In this document: positions 11,794 through 25,048 of the stretch, piece after piece
Layout of the letters: each line of letters opens with the position of its first letter
How positions within the stretch are numbered: the stretch's first letter is position 1
Assembly (NCBI GenBank): GCA_030141605.1
Contig: JAQGDQ010000116.1
Coordinates: forward strand, 372,001 to 436,000
DNA: 64,000 nt
Origin: Tubiluchus corallicola
Lineage: Eukaryota > Animalia > Priapulida
Direction: 5' to 3'
Translations under genes and position numbers: made by a program
Notes under the pieces: model-generated
Seen by the model: the letters and a program-made list of their open reading frames with translations, nothing else
What the model was told of the DNA's origin: nothing
The model's database searches: none

Positions 11794-14167
11794 GCGTTGT
11801 AAATGCTAAATGCTATTTTTGCGAATATAGATATTGTATATGATATGCAAGCCTAATGCTAGTTTTTTAATATTAATTGAGTGTGCACTACCTGGGATAG
11901 CATAAAGGTTGTATCATTTGGTGTGTATGCTCCAAATATCCAAATAGTTATTACACTGCCTTTGAAAATGAAAAACATTGCAAATTGCACACCTAACACC
12001 TTATGTTGCTGTAAATGTATTAATTTTCAGAACAAACGGTCATGAAAAGTAGTGAGTTACTACTATTTACATGTAGTAAGGTATTTTGTACCTTTGTAAA
12101 AATGATTTAGTGCCTTTAACCAATTCTATGCACAATGTTGTTTCCAAAAATTTATTTGTCCCTTGGCAACCTTTATGCTATCTGCATTTATTTGCATAAC
12201 AGTTGTACACTAATTACTCTCAAATGCAACAAAAAGCCTGAAACACAAGTAAAAAAACTGTAAAGTACTCCTGAATATTGAAAGCATTTATTTATGCAAC
12301 TTGGTCAAGTTCTTCAGTTTCAAGAATTACCTAACTGTTTTTATATCAAGTTTTTAATAAGCTGGTAAAAACGGTTTATATTTGGAGAAAATTGAGGACT
12401 GTTTGAAAAAATTTTTGACTAACAAGTGTGGCCTAAAGCTGAAGCTTTGTGGTGCAGTTTTATTAATAGTAGTATTAAATTTAATATTATTATTTCTTAT
12501 AAGTACATGATACGAATTGGAGAGTATTTCAATTTTAAACTTAGGTACTTGGTAAACTCATGTTTGCACACATGGGAGACAAATAAGACATTTTTATTTT
12601 TTTGTTGTATGCAATTCTCCCTATTTTTGTATAAAGTGCAGTATGCATATTTTCATCACGCTTGATAACAGCTATAAAACTATGTGAATTGTATATAATA
12701 ATAAATATGTGTCTATAATTAATTATATACATTAAATATATAGTTTGAAATTTATTATAAAGGTGTTAATTTTGACATTTTTGTGGCTTGTTTTGCCATT
12801 TTTTATATTGCACAATAGGCTTGTTATTTTTTTTAACTTGTATTTCTTGTTCAATCCATTTTAATGTAAACTAGTGCACTGTGGTAAAAAGCTTCATGTT
12901 TTATTCAGCAAATACAAAGAAATTTCCAAGTATAGTATCTGTATATCTTTACCAAAAATGTGGTTTGTTCACTTGCAAATATAAATTATCATCAGATTTT
13001 CATTACCGTTTGAAGCAGCCAAGTCTGTAGTGTACAAACTGTTTGGGATTACAGTTACATATCAATGAATTTTCATATTTCGTACTGATAAAACAATACC
13101 GGTTGATGATGTTACACATCTACTGTGACCAAGTGAATTAATCTAAAGCACATTTATTTCGTTAATAACTGAAGAGTGTTGTTGTCACTAGCTCATGTCA
13201 TTGTCATGAAGACTTCTACAATTCACTTGTGCTTCACCAGTACTAGTGGCTCCAATTTGTGATTTCAGTGATTTTGTCTGTGTGTTATAATGTGGTTGAG
13301 AAACTTAGGTACAGCAAATTAATAGTTGATCAGTAAATAAACTTTTTGGAATTGCGGTCCATATGAAAAACTATTAGTTGGCAAGTTGGTGCACTTTCTT
13401 TTTAAAAACGTCAACGTTTTAGTTCTTAATTGCCTCTGTTGTTTATTGATGACTCCAGAAAAAGAAAATATGTGATATATAATCAGTTAATATCCCTGTC
13501 ATTTGTTGTGATATTAGATTTCTGAATCTGCAACACTATGATAGTGGAAACCATGTTTAAATGTCTTGGTTTAAATAACTTTATTCTTGAATTACAGTGC
13601 AGTAGAATTTTTCAGTTTGAATGTAAATATTTATAATGATGTGCAGTAAAATGAGAGAAAAACAAGTCTTTTGTTATTCACATTATTTAATATTTTTGAG
13701 ACAGCTTTTATGTTGAAATGTCAAGTTTGCCACACTTTCTCAAGCTTGTTAATAATCAAGGACTGTGTTGCATTATCACCGTAACTGTTCAGCGCTTATC
13801 ATCATAAAGTATCTTGTTATCAATTTAACCATTTAAAAGTTTAGTAATAATGGGGAATGTCAATTTTGCCATTGAACACTTAGCAAACTCACCCGCTAAG
13901 CCTTCAGCAGTATAATGTAAAAGTTCACTGGCATTACAGCTTGTATTTTGTATTTTTGCCTTTGCTGAACGAGACAAATTTAGTTATACAATGCGCACGT
14001 ATTCTAAACATTTTTATGAGGTGCTGTCTCTGGTCTACCGCTGAATTTAAGTAGCAGAAATTGTTCATTGTTAGCTCAAATTTTAACATGTACAACTGTA
14101 TAATATTTGTAGCAAAACAGTGTGAATGCTTTTGTTACATAAAATTGTGTGACTGATGAAACAAGCA

Positions 14168-14173
14168 AATAAA
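14168..14173 (+). terminator. candidate poly(A) signal of a long MARK 3'UTR
   Basis: AATAAA near the point where the + strand appears to switch from T-rich to A-rich between the convergent genes. Confidence 0.3.
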
Positions 14174-16120
14174 GTGCTAATTCAAAACGCTTTGCTTGTA
14201 GTACATACTCGTACTAGTAATACTTAGCTTTAGCGCAAACAGTCAAAATGATAAAAAAAAACTTGTAATTATTATGTGAAGTTTAAACATTCAGTACATT
14301 GACCAAATTTTCAGACTAAATTTAAATAGTACATTACAAACTGTCAATTTTGTTTACAATTAATGGAGATAAAACTGTACAACGGAACAACTACATAAAA
14401 TTCAACACAGTTAAGTAGCACTTATTGTTAACTCAATAAATCATAGAAAATATCAACTGAAATTATTTATAAAAATATATCAAACTTTTTTGCCAGATTT
14501 CTTCTGTGTACGAGCAAAATGGCAATTACAGTACTAACCAGGAAAGTAGTTTCAATATGTACCATCAAAACTGCTTTTTTCTCCCAGTGACACGCTAAAG
14601 CTTGCGACATCTGGAACTGCACTTGAGTTTGCCACTGCCACCACTAATGAAAAATACAACGTAGCAACATCCTCACGTGATTTTAGACTTGTAAAATATG
14701 GCAGTGTTTTGCAGTTGCAATAAGTCAACTGTCCAGATAAATTTATAAAATAATAAAGCACCAGTTTTTACGAAGAAAATTCTCCTGGCTTGCTTCAAAA
14801 TGGGCTCACCGAGAAAGGATGTGAACTGCACGGAACAACTAGTCTAAATTGCTGTACTAATGCCAAAGAAATTCTAAAAAGATATATGTAATACTGCGCT
14901 ACAAAATTAACTAAAATTTACAAAAGAACAATTACAATACAATAGAACTACAATTTAGTTCCTGCTAAAAGGAGACACTTGGATGAACTTCCTCTACAGA
15001 ATCAGAATGCCAATTACAAATCACACAAGAAACAATTAAATAAATTATTTACGTAACAAAACATTTTACAGTGCCGTACTTGCTCATTTGTGGCACTCTT
15101 CTTATTTGATATACAAGACTAGCAAGCATTTGGAGAAAGAAAAGAAAACAAATATCTTAATAGGCACAAAAAACATTATTTACAACTCATAACACTATTC
15201 TTAGTATATAAAATCAGCACACACTGGTAAGCAGTGAAAAGTAGTCACAACAACAGCATAATCTTCATTATCTAGAATTTTTGAAATGCAGCAATTGGTA
15301 ATTCCTATCAGACAGTGATTTGTGACTATAAAATAGTTCTTCTTTATGAGGTTTTAGCATATGAAAAAACAGAGGTGTAATAAAATACAACAAACACTGG
15401 ATAAAAAACAACAGCTATTATTACACACAAACATAATATATATATATATATTATATATGAGACAAATCGAAACATGTTCTATCGCTGAATGCATTGTACA
15501 AATGTGGGAAGCCTTTGTTCCTAAAATTTATACCAAATTAAATTGAATTCTATTCAATATCTTTAAGTCTAGACATGCGACAATCCGAGGTAAAAAGCAC
15601 GAGTTCGAAATTGCTTTCCATAATAAATTATACAGAATTTTTCTGAGTTGAGCGGTATTCTGAGTCAACAAAGTACCGAGTTATACAGACTACTGTATAG
15701 TATCCATAAAGCTAGATTTTTGAAAATCACAGTTTCCAGAGGTGACACCTCTCCAGTATTACACACTTAGACTTAACCACACAAAACAAACTTAAAAGGG
15801 GAAATCTGACTTGTTAGTCAGATTTCATTAACATGCCTGATTACCCAGGTGCATAAAATTACATACAGATTCATTATATTATATTCAGTGCAGCTGTAAG
15901 ATGCTCTTTAGCTTTTGCCGTCCATCAATAGTGTTACCCTCATGTGCACAAAATCCTGGATCATAAAATTTCACTTTTTAATAATGGACATGTATTTAGT
16001 GACATCTTCAACTCTTAAGCTCTTGTGTCACACTGAAAATTAACACACATTACATACAATCATATCACGTTTAAAGACTGTAAAATCACTGCACCTGAAA
16101 CACAAATTCGTTTTTTTTAA

Positions 16121-19100
16121 TTACCAATGAAAATGAAGTGGAAATGGATCAAAAATATTCAAGTCATTGTCACTGTCTGAAGATACTGAACCACTGTCAT
16201 ACATATAGCCGTCATCACTGTCATAGTATTCCCTGTCAGCATTGTTCGTATATTTGTCATTTCTACCCATATGTTCTTCCACCAATTCAATTAAAGGACC
16301 AGAAAGAACGTTTCTATATGGAATTCGGTAACCTAATATTGCCCTAGCTGCTAAGCAACTCAAACTCATCTTCTCGCTGTTGCGAATGAAGCTTCTAGTT
16401 AATGGAGCATCAAGCGGACAAATATGATATGCCGTTTGACCTTGATAATTGCAGGCATCCACGTGTACAGAATGCTGAACAAGTACTTTACAAATGTCAT
16501 GACAACGAGCGTCTGTCACCGATGAAACTATGGGTCGAAGTCTGCGCATGAGTTGATGCAATACTGTATTGCCTTTCTTATCAATGGCACTCCCACTGCA
16601 TCCACATTTTAAAAGGTAGTGAACTAGTGGCAAAACATCTGGACTTAGAAGATCTTCAGGGATATCAATATGACGAGTCACAGCATAATGAAGAAGTGTT
16701 TCGCCATTTCCACTATCCCTGATATTCATATCCCCAAATGTACACATGATCTGATGAAACCGTCGATTATTATCTCCCAAACTTGTTACGAAGAATCTTA
16801 TGATATTGAACAATCGCATCATGTATGGTCCATTTATGCATATGGTGTTACCTTGTTTTGTTTTTGCAAGCAAACTGGTAATATCACTTAATAAAAACAA
16901 GGTCCCATAGTCCAATATACTACTAATTTCAGAACCAGAGAAAGTCACTTCTCCGCAAGCTACTAATGCTGCTTCTGTTTTCTCTTTGCAGGCATCTTGG
17001 GGTTCAAGCAGCATAGCAAGGTTAACAAAGATTCTCCATAAAATTACAACAAAGCGAAGTGCTTCTTCTGGTAGAGGACTATCTTTAATGTTACACATTC
17101 GAGAAATTATTTTTGGCAGCAATGGGTTTAGCTTTCCCAAAATCCTAGAAGCAACCAAAAATGCTTGTAATTTGATTTCAGACTTGCTTCCATTGGATCT
17201 GAGAGCTTTTAGTTGTTCTAGTGTTGAGAATTCGTTTACCTCAGTATGATGAATAAGTGGCTCAGTCATAGGTTTTGGGTGTTTTAGTATGGCCCCGTCA
17301 TTACTGTATCTCATTTTCATACCTTTTTCTAGGTGATCCAAGCAGCTTGCACGTTTATCATACAGTAAAGCACCTGTCAACTCAAATGCATGAATTAAGT
17401 CGATTTCATCATATATCCCTAATTTAAGAGATTCTTTATGTTGTGCCATCTCAAAAACTGTGGTTGTGTCATTTGCGAAAGCCGCACACATTATAGGAGT
17501 TCGATCAAACTCATCCCTTTTTTTCAGGAAAGTTTGCAGACGTGAGTGAACAACGTCAAGCATGTATCTAACACACTGGGGCCTTAAATGTTCACACGCA
17601 ACATGAAGAATCAGTTCAGAATCTTTAAGAATGTTACGAATAGGCTGGTCTTTCAAACCTGAATACTGCATAACATCTAGAGGTGCCTTTCCACTGTTGT
17701 TTAACAGAAAAGGATCAGCGCCATGTGCCAGCAGCAAACAAACTGCACTTAGACTGTTTTCATCCACTGTAGCATGTATATCAATATGCCAATCCAGTTC
17801 ACGTATACTACTGCTCGTAATGGTCTTGGATACAGCTTTATGCAAGCAGCTGTCACCAGTCTCACATTGTACACTAAAGCAATCAAGGGGGCTAACAAGT
17901 AATAGTTTCAACAGTTTAAAGAAGTTTTCATTACTGTGAATATAGCGAAAATAAGTTTCACCCAAAAAAACATGAAGAAGAGTTTCCTTCCTAAGTTTCC
18001 ACAATATGTTATTTAGCGTGCTCAGCAATTCAGACAAGTAGGCATACTTTTCATCTGTGTAAAGCAAATCATCTGTTGTTCCCAAATAAATAGCTTTTAG
18101 CACACAAAAAATAACCTTCAAAAAATCACCACTTGAATATTCATTAAATCCTTTTATATTTGAAATTACCTGTTCCACAAATGTCGTCTTATGCTCTAGA
18201 GTGACCAATTCAGGACATCGAGCAAACATGCTCACGCAGGAAACAGCAAACTCTTCACACGTTTTAGTAAGTTCACTTGCTTGAATGTTTTGTTCTGACA
18301 ATATTTTAAATCTGTAGTTCCACATTAGCAGAGCAGATGTAATATCAATTCCATAAATAGTAGCATCATTGCATAACACACGCAGTCTCTCAAGTAGCAA
18401 AGGATCATCAGCACGCATGATTCGAGCAAGCATACTCAGTAATTCTATCCTTATTTTTTCAAAATCTTTGATTTTCTTCAAGCTTTTTAGTTGTGCATTT
18501 GTACTACATTCCCTGTAGCTCTCAAACCCTGGCACAGAGCAAGATGACGGTTTAGGCACAACTAGCTTTCTCCCAGAAAAACGACTTTTCATGGCTCTTT
18601 CCAGATAAGGGAATGTTTCCTTTTTATCAGGCCTGCTCGATATTTTGGAAAGAGCAAGTAGCTCAAAGACAATCACTTCAGCTTCTTTATCACAGATACT
18701 TCGAGGTAACAAATAGTCCACAACTTCAGCATCACCTACAGACGCTGCACACATTAGTGGAGTTTTTCCAAATCTGTCCTTATGCTGAAGTATTTTCATG
18801 GTTTCTAGCTTATTAGTTGCAGAAAGTCTCTGCATAACTTGTTGGCTCTCTATTAGTGATACTTCTGCTGCTTTATCTCTAGCTTCAAGCATTAATTGCA
18901 ATATGTTAATGCCTTCGAACCTTGTTTTTTCACAAATAATATGAATTGGAGATTTTCCATCTAAATTTAACAAAGCCAGATTAGCATTTCTATTAACAAG
19001 TGCTTCTATGTACTCTTTGCATGAATTTAAACATGCTAAATGAAGAGGTGTGTCCCCAAGTGAGTTTTGCACATTAGGGTCAGCATGATGGGACAACAAT

Positions 19101-21552
19101 TCAACAACACCTTGATTTCCAATTCTATTATTCCTGTTTGAACATAAGACATGCAAAGGGCTGTTGTCGTGCATGTCCAGTGCATTCACATCCATGTTCG
19201 TTTTTTTTGCTGAAGTGAGCAAGGCATTAAGCACTTCACTCCAACCTCTTTGGCACACCAAGTGTAATGGCATTTGCCTGTTTTTGTTTGCTATATTTAC
19301 ATTTATCTTTGCATGACGTAATAGTTTCTGAACGATGCGTTTTCTTGACCCGCCACCTGGCTTGCAGATTTCATGCAATGGAGTCTCATTTGCAGAATTG
19401 CATACATTGACATCAGCATTATAATACAGCAGCCATGATACACACTGTACATGTCGAAATCTACAGGCAAGGTGAAGAGGAGTATCACCATTAATGTCAG
19501 TGACATTAGGTTTGGCTTTTTTGGCTAACAGAAGTTTTGTTAACGATGCATTGCCATCAATGCAAGTTTTGTGAAGAGCTGTTCTACATGTTCCTGCCTC
19601 AGTTACATTGATGTCGGCACCTGCTTTGAGAAAACATTTTACAATATCCAGAATTGATGATGAATTGGATTTCGAAATTGAAAGAAAAAGGCTGTTGCCT
19701 TTACAGTCAGTCACATTAATATTAACATCATGATTTATTAACGCCTGCACAACTGCAGAATGTTCATTATAACAGGCATATTCTAACGCAGTGTGTTTGT
19801 AAAAATTTGGCACCGTGAACTGGCCACCTGCAGACAATAAGACATCAGTTAAATTGGCATCCATTTCCACACCCTTATTCATACATAAAATATGACAGGT
19901 AGTGTTCCCATCATGATCTGCTTGCCTAAGATTAGCTCCATGCTTCAAGAGCAACTTTAAAAGTTCAATTTCACAGTGTTCAGCTGCAATGTGCAGAGCA
20001 GATCTGCCAAAACGGTTTTGAATACAAGGATCGGCTTGTTTTTGCAACAGAGCATTGCACATGGATAGCCTCTGAGCAGCCCCCATTGCATCACATTTTA
20101 TGCTGTTCTTACTTTCACAAGATAGGTGTAATGGCGTCTTGCCCTGGGCATCTTGAATGTTAGGGCAGGCATTGTAGTTTAACAGAACTTCAATTAAACC
20201 CGAGTATCTTCTAAAAACAGCAAGATGAAGAGCAGTCTGACCATCTGCTCTGGAATGATCAGGGCTAGCTCCATGCTGCAGAAGAGCACAGACTATATCA
20301 TACTGCTTCACCTGGTTATCAGCATCATCAAAGACATACTTGATTGCACTCATCAAAGGACTTGTACTTTCAATATCACAAATATTCGAATTAGCGCCAT
20401 TTGCTAATAGAAAACAGGCTATCTTTGCCTCAAGACGCTGGCATGCAATAAACAGGGCGGTTTCCCCCCTGCAAGTTGTGCTGTTAATGTCAGCACCATG
20501 TTTAAGAAGCAATGATAAAATTTCTAGAACAGTGGACAATTCTTGTTCTTGAAATGCTAGCGTGCACACCACATGCAAAGCTGTTGACCCAGTCTTATCT
20601 TCTTTAAAATTTACATCAGCTCCATGCTCTAGAAATAGCTTTACTAGTTTTGGAGATTTCTGTCTACATGCGAGCAACAAAGGAGTAGTAACTGAGAGAG
20701 CTTTGCTGAAGTCATACATAACAAAATTTGGATTAGCACCATGTTTAAGCAGTGCATTCACAATAGCAGAATCACATTTTGCAGTTTCGTTAAAATCAGC
20801 AACATAAACCCAAAGAGGAGTCTTACCAAACTGATCCTTAATATTTACATTGGCTCCTTTTTTCAACAGAAGCAAAACTAACTCAAGATTCCTTTTTTCA
20901 GCTGCCAAATGCAATGGAGCCCTTTGTTGATAGCCCCCCTTACTAGTCATGTTTGGATCAGCTCCTGCTGCCAGCAATATCGATGCTAGGTTTTTATTGC
21001 CTTTGCTACAAACAATATTTAATGCTGTATTACCAGTTTTACTGACAGAATTAACAGGAGCTCCATGCAATACCAGAAGTTTTACGAGGTCCTCAGACTG
21101 GCAAGTGCATGCTTCATGAAGTGCAGTACCAGTTGAATAGGCACCATACTCTAACAGCAATGATGCTATCTTGAAAGAAGCTTTCTCGCATGCGATCTGT
21201 AAGTAGGACTTGCACGAATTTACACCAGTATGAGTTTCTTCCAAGAACAAATTTGGGTCACATCCCTTTCTTAGTAGAATTTCTACAGCTGTAACATTCT
21301 GTGACTCGCAAGCACTAGTTAAAGGAGTTCCAATATTTGCTTGTGACTCTTCATAAATATGTGCCCCATTCTCAAGTAAAGTATAAATCACATCTTGTGA
21401 AGCTACAGCACATGCTACATATAGTGGAGATTTCCCATCTGTATCTAGCAAATTGGAATCAGCTCCTAACTCCAGCAACGTTTTGACAAGCTTTAAGTCA
21501 TTTTTCGTACATGCAACATGAAGAGGTACTTTGTTTGCGTTGTTGTATTTAC
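16121..21552 (-). CDS. giant ankyrin-repeat FEM-1-like protein, main 5.4-kb exon
   Basis: Uninterrupted ORF; roughly 25+ ankyrin repeats (G.TPLH.AC); two FEM-1-type helical modules; C-terminal SLSCLAARAI..YRIPY...L..PL..LVEEH resembling the FEM-1 VHL/BC box; acceptor ttttaaag at 21553. Confidence 0.92.
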
Positions 21553-21951
21553 CTTTAAAAGTAAATAAGAAATTAACTTTTAGTAAAATCTGCATTTAGA
21601 AAATACTAGTAGTAGCACAATCTAAACTTCCAGTGCATTCTTATTCTTCATAGTTATTGATAAAAACAAGGTAAGCTGGGTCAATGCCACTCATCAGCAA
21701 AAGTAGCAGAATGAAAATTAGTAAGTAAATCTGGTATTATGGCGAGAATATTTGCAAAATATTATCATTAAAAATGGCTTTTCTATGCAATATTAAAGGG
21801 TTTTCGACATATAGGCCTGTTCCAAATATGGAATGTGAACTTTGTTTAAGTTTGACACAAAGTGATACGACTAAATCGACACTTTAGTATTTATCGCTGT
21901 AAATCAAGAAGTGAAATCATTACTGGGTACAACATAGACTGTAAACCTAAT

Positions 21952-22105
21952 GGTGCGTTCAGATACAGACTTCTCTCAAAACTTGTTGCGCAACTTCCTC
22001 TCTTAGAGTAATGTTGCATGTGTGAACAGCTTGGCAACTTCTCTCGTAACTTGAACAGTTGCGAAACCGTTCACACATGCAACAAGTTGTGAAAGAAGTT
22101 GCCAA
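21952..22105. mobile_element. PIF/Harbinger-like MITE remnant
   Basis: Starts GGTGCGTTCA; internal inverted repeat TTGCATGTGTGAAC / GTTCACACATGCAA. Confidence 0.45.
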
Positions 22106-22489
22106 GCATACAAAAAGTCACATATATGCTCCCTAATTGTTACATTACACAGAAGTAAGTTCTCTGTCGCTAAAAAGTTGCACACTTCCATTGATTAAGT
22201 GACCGGTGAGATCTATTAATGTTACATTAGCAGCAGTCATGTTATGGTAATTTTTTCCACATTAAAATCTTATACTCCAATGCTATATAATGGAGACATG
22301 TGATAACTCTACCTTTAGCATTCAAATTAACATATGCAGTGGAACTTTCTACTTACTCTAGACAACCTTTCTGTTTTTTTCCAGTTCATAATTCATTCTT
22401 GAGATACTACTCATACAATTATACAGGTAAAATGTCATCAGTTATGCTATCATGACCTCAGCTTTTAATATATCAGCCCCTGAAACTCT

Positions 22490-22745
22490 TTCATGTATAT
22501 GCTAAGGACGACCCTTTGGCCCAATTTAACTATATTTTGGCACTTTGTTTTCCAAATATGCTGCAGACATGTTGACAAAATGTTTGAAGTGACCTCTTGA
22601 TTTCTTCTAACCGCAAAACACAACATTATCATATCACTCTAACATATATCACCGGTTGTCAACATGTTTCCAGCACATCTGGAAAATAAAGTAATAAAAT
22701 AGAAACAAATTAGGTAGATGGATTGTTCTTGACATATATTTGAGC
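22490..22745. mobile_element. palindromic MITE-like element
   Basis: Long imperfect inverted arms (CTATATTTT...ACATGTTGACAA / TTGTCAACATGT...AAAATAG). Confidence 0.55.
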
Positions 22746-23159
22746 GTTGCAATTCGTGCATGTTCATAATATGAAAAAGCTTCCTGCCAAAATAGGTTTA
22801 TTCATTTGTGTAGTATGCTGTAGACATGGCAAAAATTAAATTTTATGCAGAAGTCACCACTGTGAGCTTGGTTTTTAAACTTCAGTCCTATAGACTGAGT
22901 GTTTCAAGCATATGTCACAGACAACCGTTCAGTTAAATTTACTCAAATTTCATTAATTAACTTTCCAGGTATGGGACAGGCCTTTCAAACTATTTAGACA
23001 ACTAACGTATGGCAAAATCATAAAAAAAACAATACAGATATTTCAACTCTTCGCAAAATCTAATCACCAATTATACTGCTGACCGATACAACAAATTAAC
23101 AAGCTAAAGGAATAAAAGTATTTGCCAGTATACTTAAAAGGTCTAGCATAACAACTTAC

Positions 23160-23253
23160 CAAAACTATTAGGATCACAACCACTTTGAACCATTCTTCGT
23201 ACGTCCGCAATAAGACTTTTTTCACACGCCTCAATCAAAACATTAACATCCAT
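23160..23253 (-). CDS. first coding exon of the FEM-1-like gene
   Basis: Acceptor ttgcag at 23267, aaaATG, MDVNVLIEACEKSLIADVRRMVQSGCDPNSF (ankyrin-like), donor G|gtaagt; phase 1 matches the 21552 exon. Confidence 0.88.
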
Positions 23254-23453
23254 TTTGTTTCTCTTTCTGCAACAAGAATTGAAGTAAGAAAGCACTTGAC
23301 AACATTAAGCATATTTTCTGAAAAAATACACGTAATTTACAGTAGGAACAACTGTTTGCTTTTCAATGAAGACAAAAGGTTTGCAAACCTATAGTAAGAA
23401 TATCTGAAGCATAACATCAGCAAAATTTCATTGTAAGTTGCAAATAGTGCTAC

Positions 23454-23552
23454 CTATCTGTCAAACTTGATTTCACTAAACTTGAGTTCCTTCATTTTTT
23501 GCGACAGTGAGGATGGATGTAATGGAAGATGAGGCAAATAGCAAAAATATCG
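23454..23552 (-). other. candidate 5'UTR exon of the FEM-1-like gene
   Basis: Strong acceptor gtttcttttttcccag; donor ATAG|gtagca. Confidence 0.45.
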
Positions 23553-23748
23553 CTGGGAAAAAAGAAACAGTTCGTTGTTAGATATTTTTATCCAAAGACT
23601 GCAATGAAACTTTGCAACGAAAACACCAAAACATTCTCACAATGACAGAAAGTTGCATTAATTGCAAAAAAAAAACAATAATATTGTTTTGCAATTTAAT
23701 ATTGTATCAATGTACTAACTGATATTTTCACTCAGCAAAATTTTTTAC

Positions 23749-23899
23749 CTTTTGATTGTGAACCCAAGCGAGTTCCAAATGACAAATGGCTGCTTGCTCA
23801 TACATATGACCATATTCTCACGGTCAAAATTCATCTTTAGTAGATGTACAAGTAGCAGGTGAAATTTAACAGAGTTTGCTAATTGTCAAAACTTAAATC
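23749..23899 (-). other. candidate 5'UTR exon of the FEM-1-like gene
   Basis: Acceptor ttttagttactctag; donor AAAG|gtaaaa. Confidence 0.45.
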
Positions 23900-24178
23900 C
23901 TAGAGTAACTAAAACTAGAGCCAAAAGATTTACAAGACTATCATACATAAATTTCACAATACAATTCAACATAAATTTGTAATTTATACAGTTAGCTGCT
24001 GTGACACTAAAAGGTTTGTCTATGAGTAAGAATTACTAACGAAAAAGTCTGAAACTCTGAAGTCAAGTCACACTGCTTGGACTGAATATATAGTAACTGA
24101 TTACATGAAACTAACTAAGTCCTAAGTCGTATTTATAAATACATAATGCAGGTTATTTCAAAATGAGTAAACATAAAT

Positions 24179-24184
24179 TTTATT
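24179..24184 (-). terminator. candidate poly(A) signal of PTRHD1
   Basis: AATAAA on the minus strand ~400 nt after the PTRHD1 stop. Confidence 0.45.
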
Positions 24185-24582
24185 CTGTTCCCAGATATTT
24201 ATTAATACGGAAGTAATTTTCACATAACCATGAACCAGAAATGAATGAAACAAACAAAAAAAAAACTATATCTAAAAATGCTCAAAAGAACATGCCTTTC
24301 TAACCAACAAATTATGTGTGCTGTCCTTAAAATTCAATGTATAAATTAATTTGGAAACAACAAAAACATCTGTTAACTTAATCCATAAGCAAACAGTGCA
24401 GTGCTTATTGTTAAACATTTACATCAACATTACTGAATAATTAGTGATTGCATTACTAATTAATTATTTTAAGAATTTAATATTTACTAAATTTACAAAC
24501 AACCACCTATTATTTAAAACAGTATTTGTGCTGTACCATCATTGGCATTAGTATAACACAAACTATTTGCACTATTTACAAT

Positions 24583-24939
24583 TTATTTAAAGATTTTGAA
24601 CTTTTTAAAATATTTCTGAACTTGATCTTTTTTGTACGGTTTAGTAGCAAGACAAGTGGCAACATCTTCGGGTTGTTCTATCCACAACTTGTGATCAATG
24701 TTACCCGTCGTCAAAGAGTCAGCCAAAGCAAGTAATTCATCTACAGTTGCAACTTCCAGAACAACTTTGTGCATCCTATCTAGATCAGCCATGTATTCAA
24801 CTGTATTGGGATCGTTTTGAAAGATGTGAAGTGCAGCAGCGGTAGCGTGACATGCTTGTGTAATAACAGCCCCAACTGGCCACTTGAGAGTAGTTAACAA
24901 GTCTTTACGCACAGCCACGTACTGCACAAGAAATGACAT
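24583..24939 (-). CDS. PTRHD1: peptidyl-tRNA hydrolase domain-containing protein 1 (PTH2 family), intronless CDS
   Basis: VQYVAVRKDL...WPVGAVITQACHA...DLDRMHKVVLE...HKLWIEQPEDVATCLATKPY.K..VQKYFKKFKIFK; 118 aa, characteristic PTRHD1 motifs. Confidence 0.95.
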   Translation of the reverse strand: MSFLVQYVAVRKDLLTTLKWPVGAVITQACHATAAALHIFQNDPNTVEYMADLDRMHKVVLEVATVDELLALADSLTTGNIDHKLWIEQPEDVATCLATKPYKKDQVQKYFKKFKIFK

Positions 24940-24976
24940 TGTAAGTTAATAATGTAATTTTAATCGTCTTATTTAC

Positions 24977-25048
24977 CTGCTATTTCACTGCACACGTATA
25001 TAACTATATCAATGAGCAGACATATGGAAGAGCATAAATTCAGCAAAC
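24977..25048 (-). other. 72-nt 5'UTR composite exon (shared by PTRHD1 and the FEM-1-like gene), with an 8-codon uORF
   Basis: T-rich acceptor (...tttatttttag|G); donor CAG|gtaaat 37 nt before the PTRHD1 ATG; uORF MLFHMSAH* at 25009-25035. Confidence 0.6.

Noticed and set aside
16138-20807. Multiple short plus-strand ORFs antisense to the ankyrin exon (similarly within 38967-40421 and 45071-45400)
   Set aside because: Shadow ORFs with no motifs and no splice support
21553-21595. ORF-track start MQILLKVNFLFTFK of the 1824-aa ORF
   Set aside because: It is intronic sequence before the acceptor at 21553; the real N-terminus comes from exon 23253-23160
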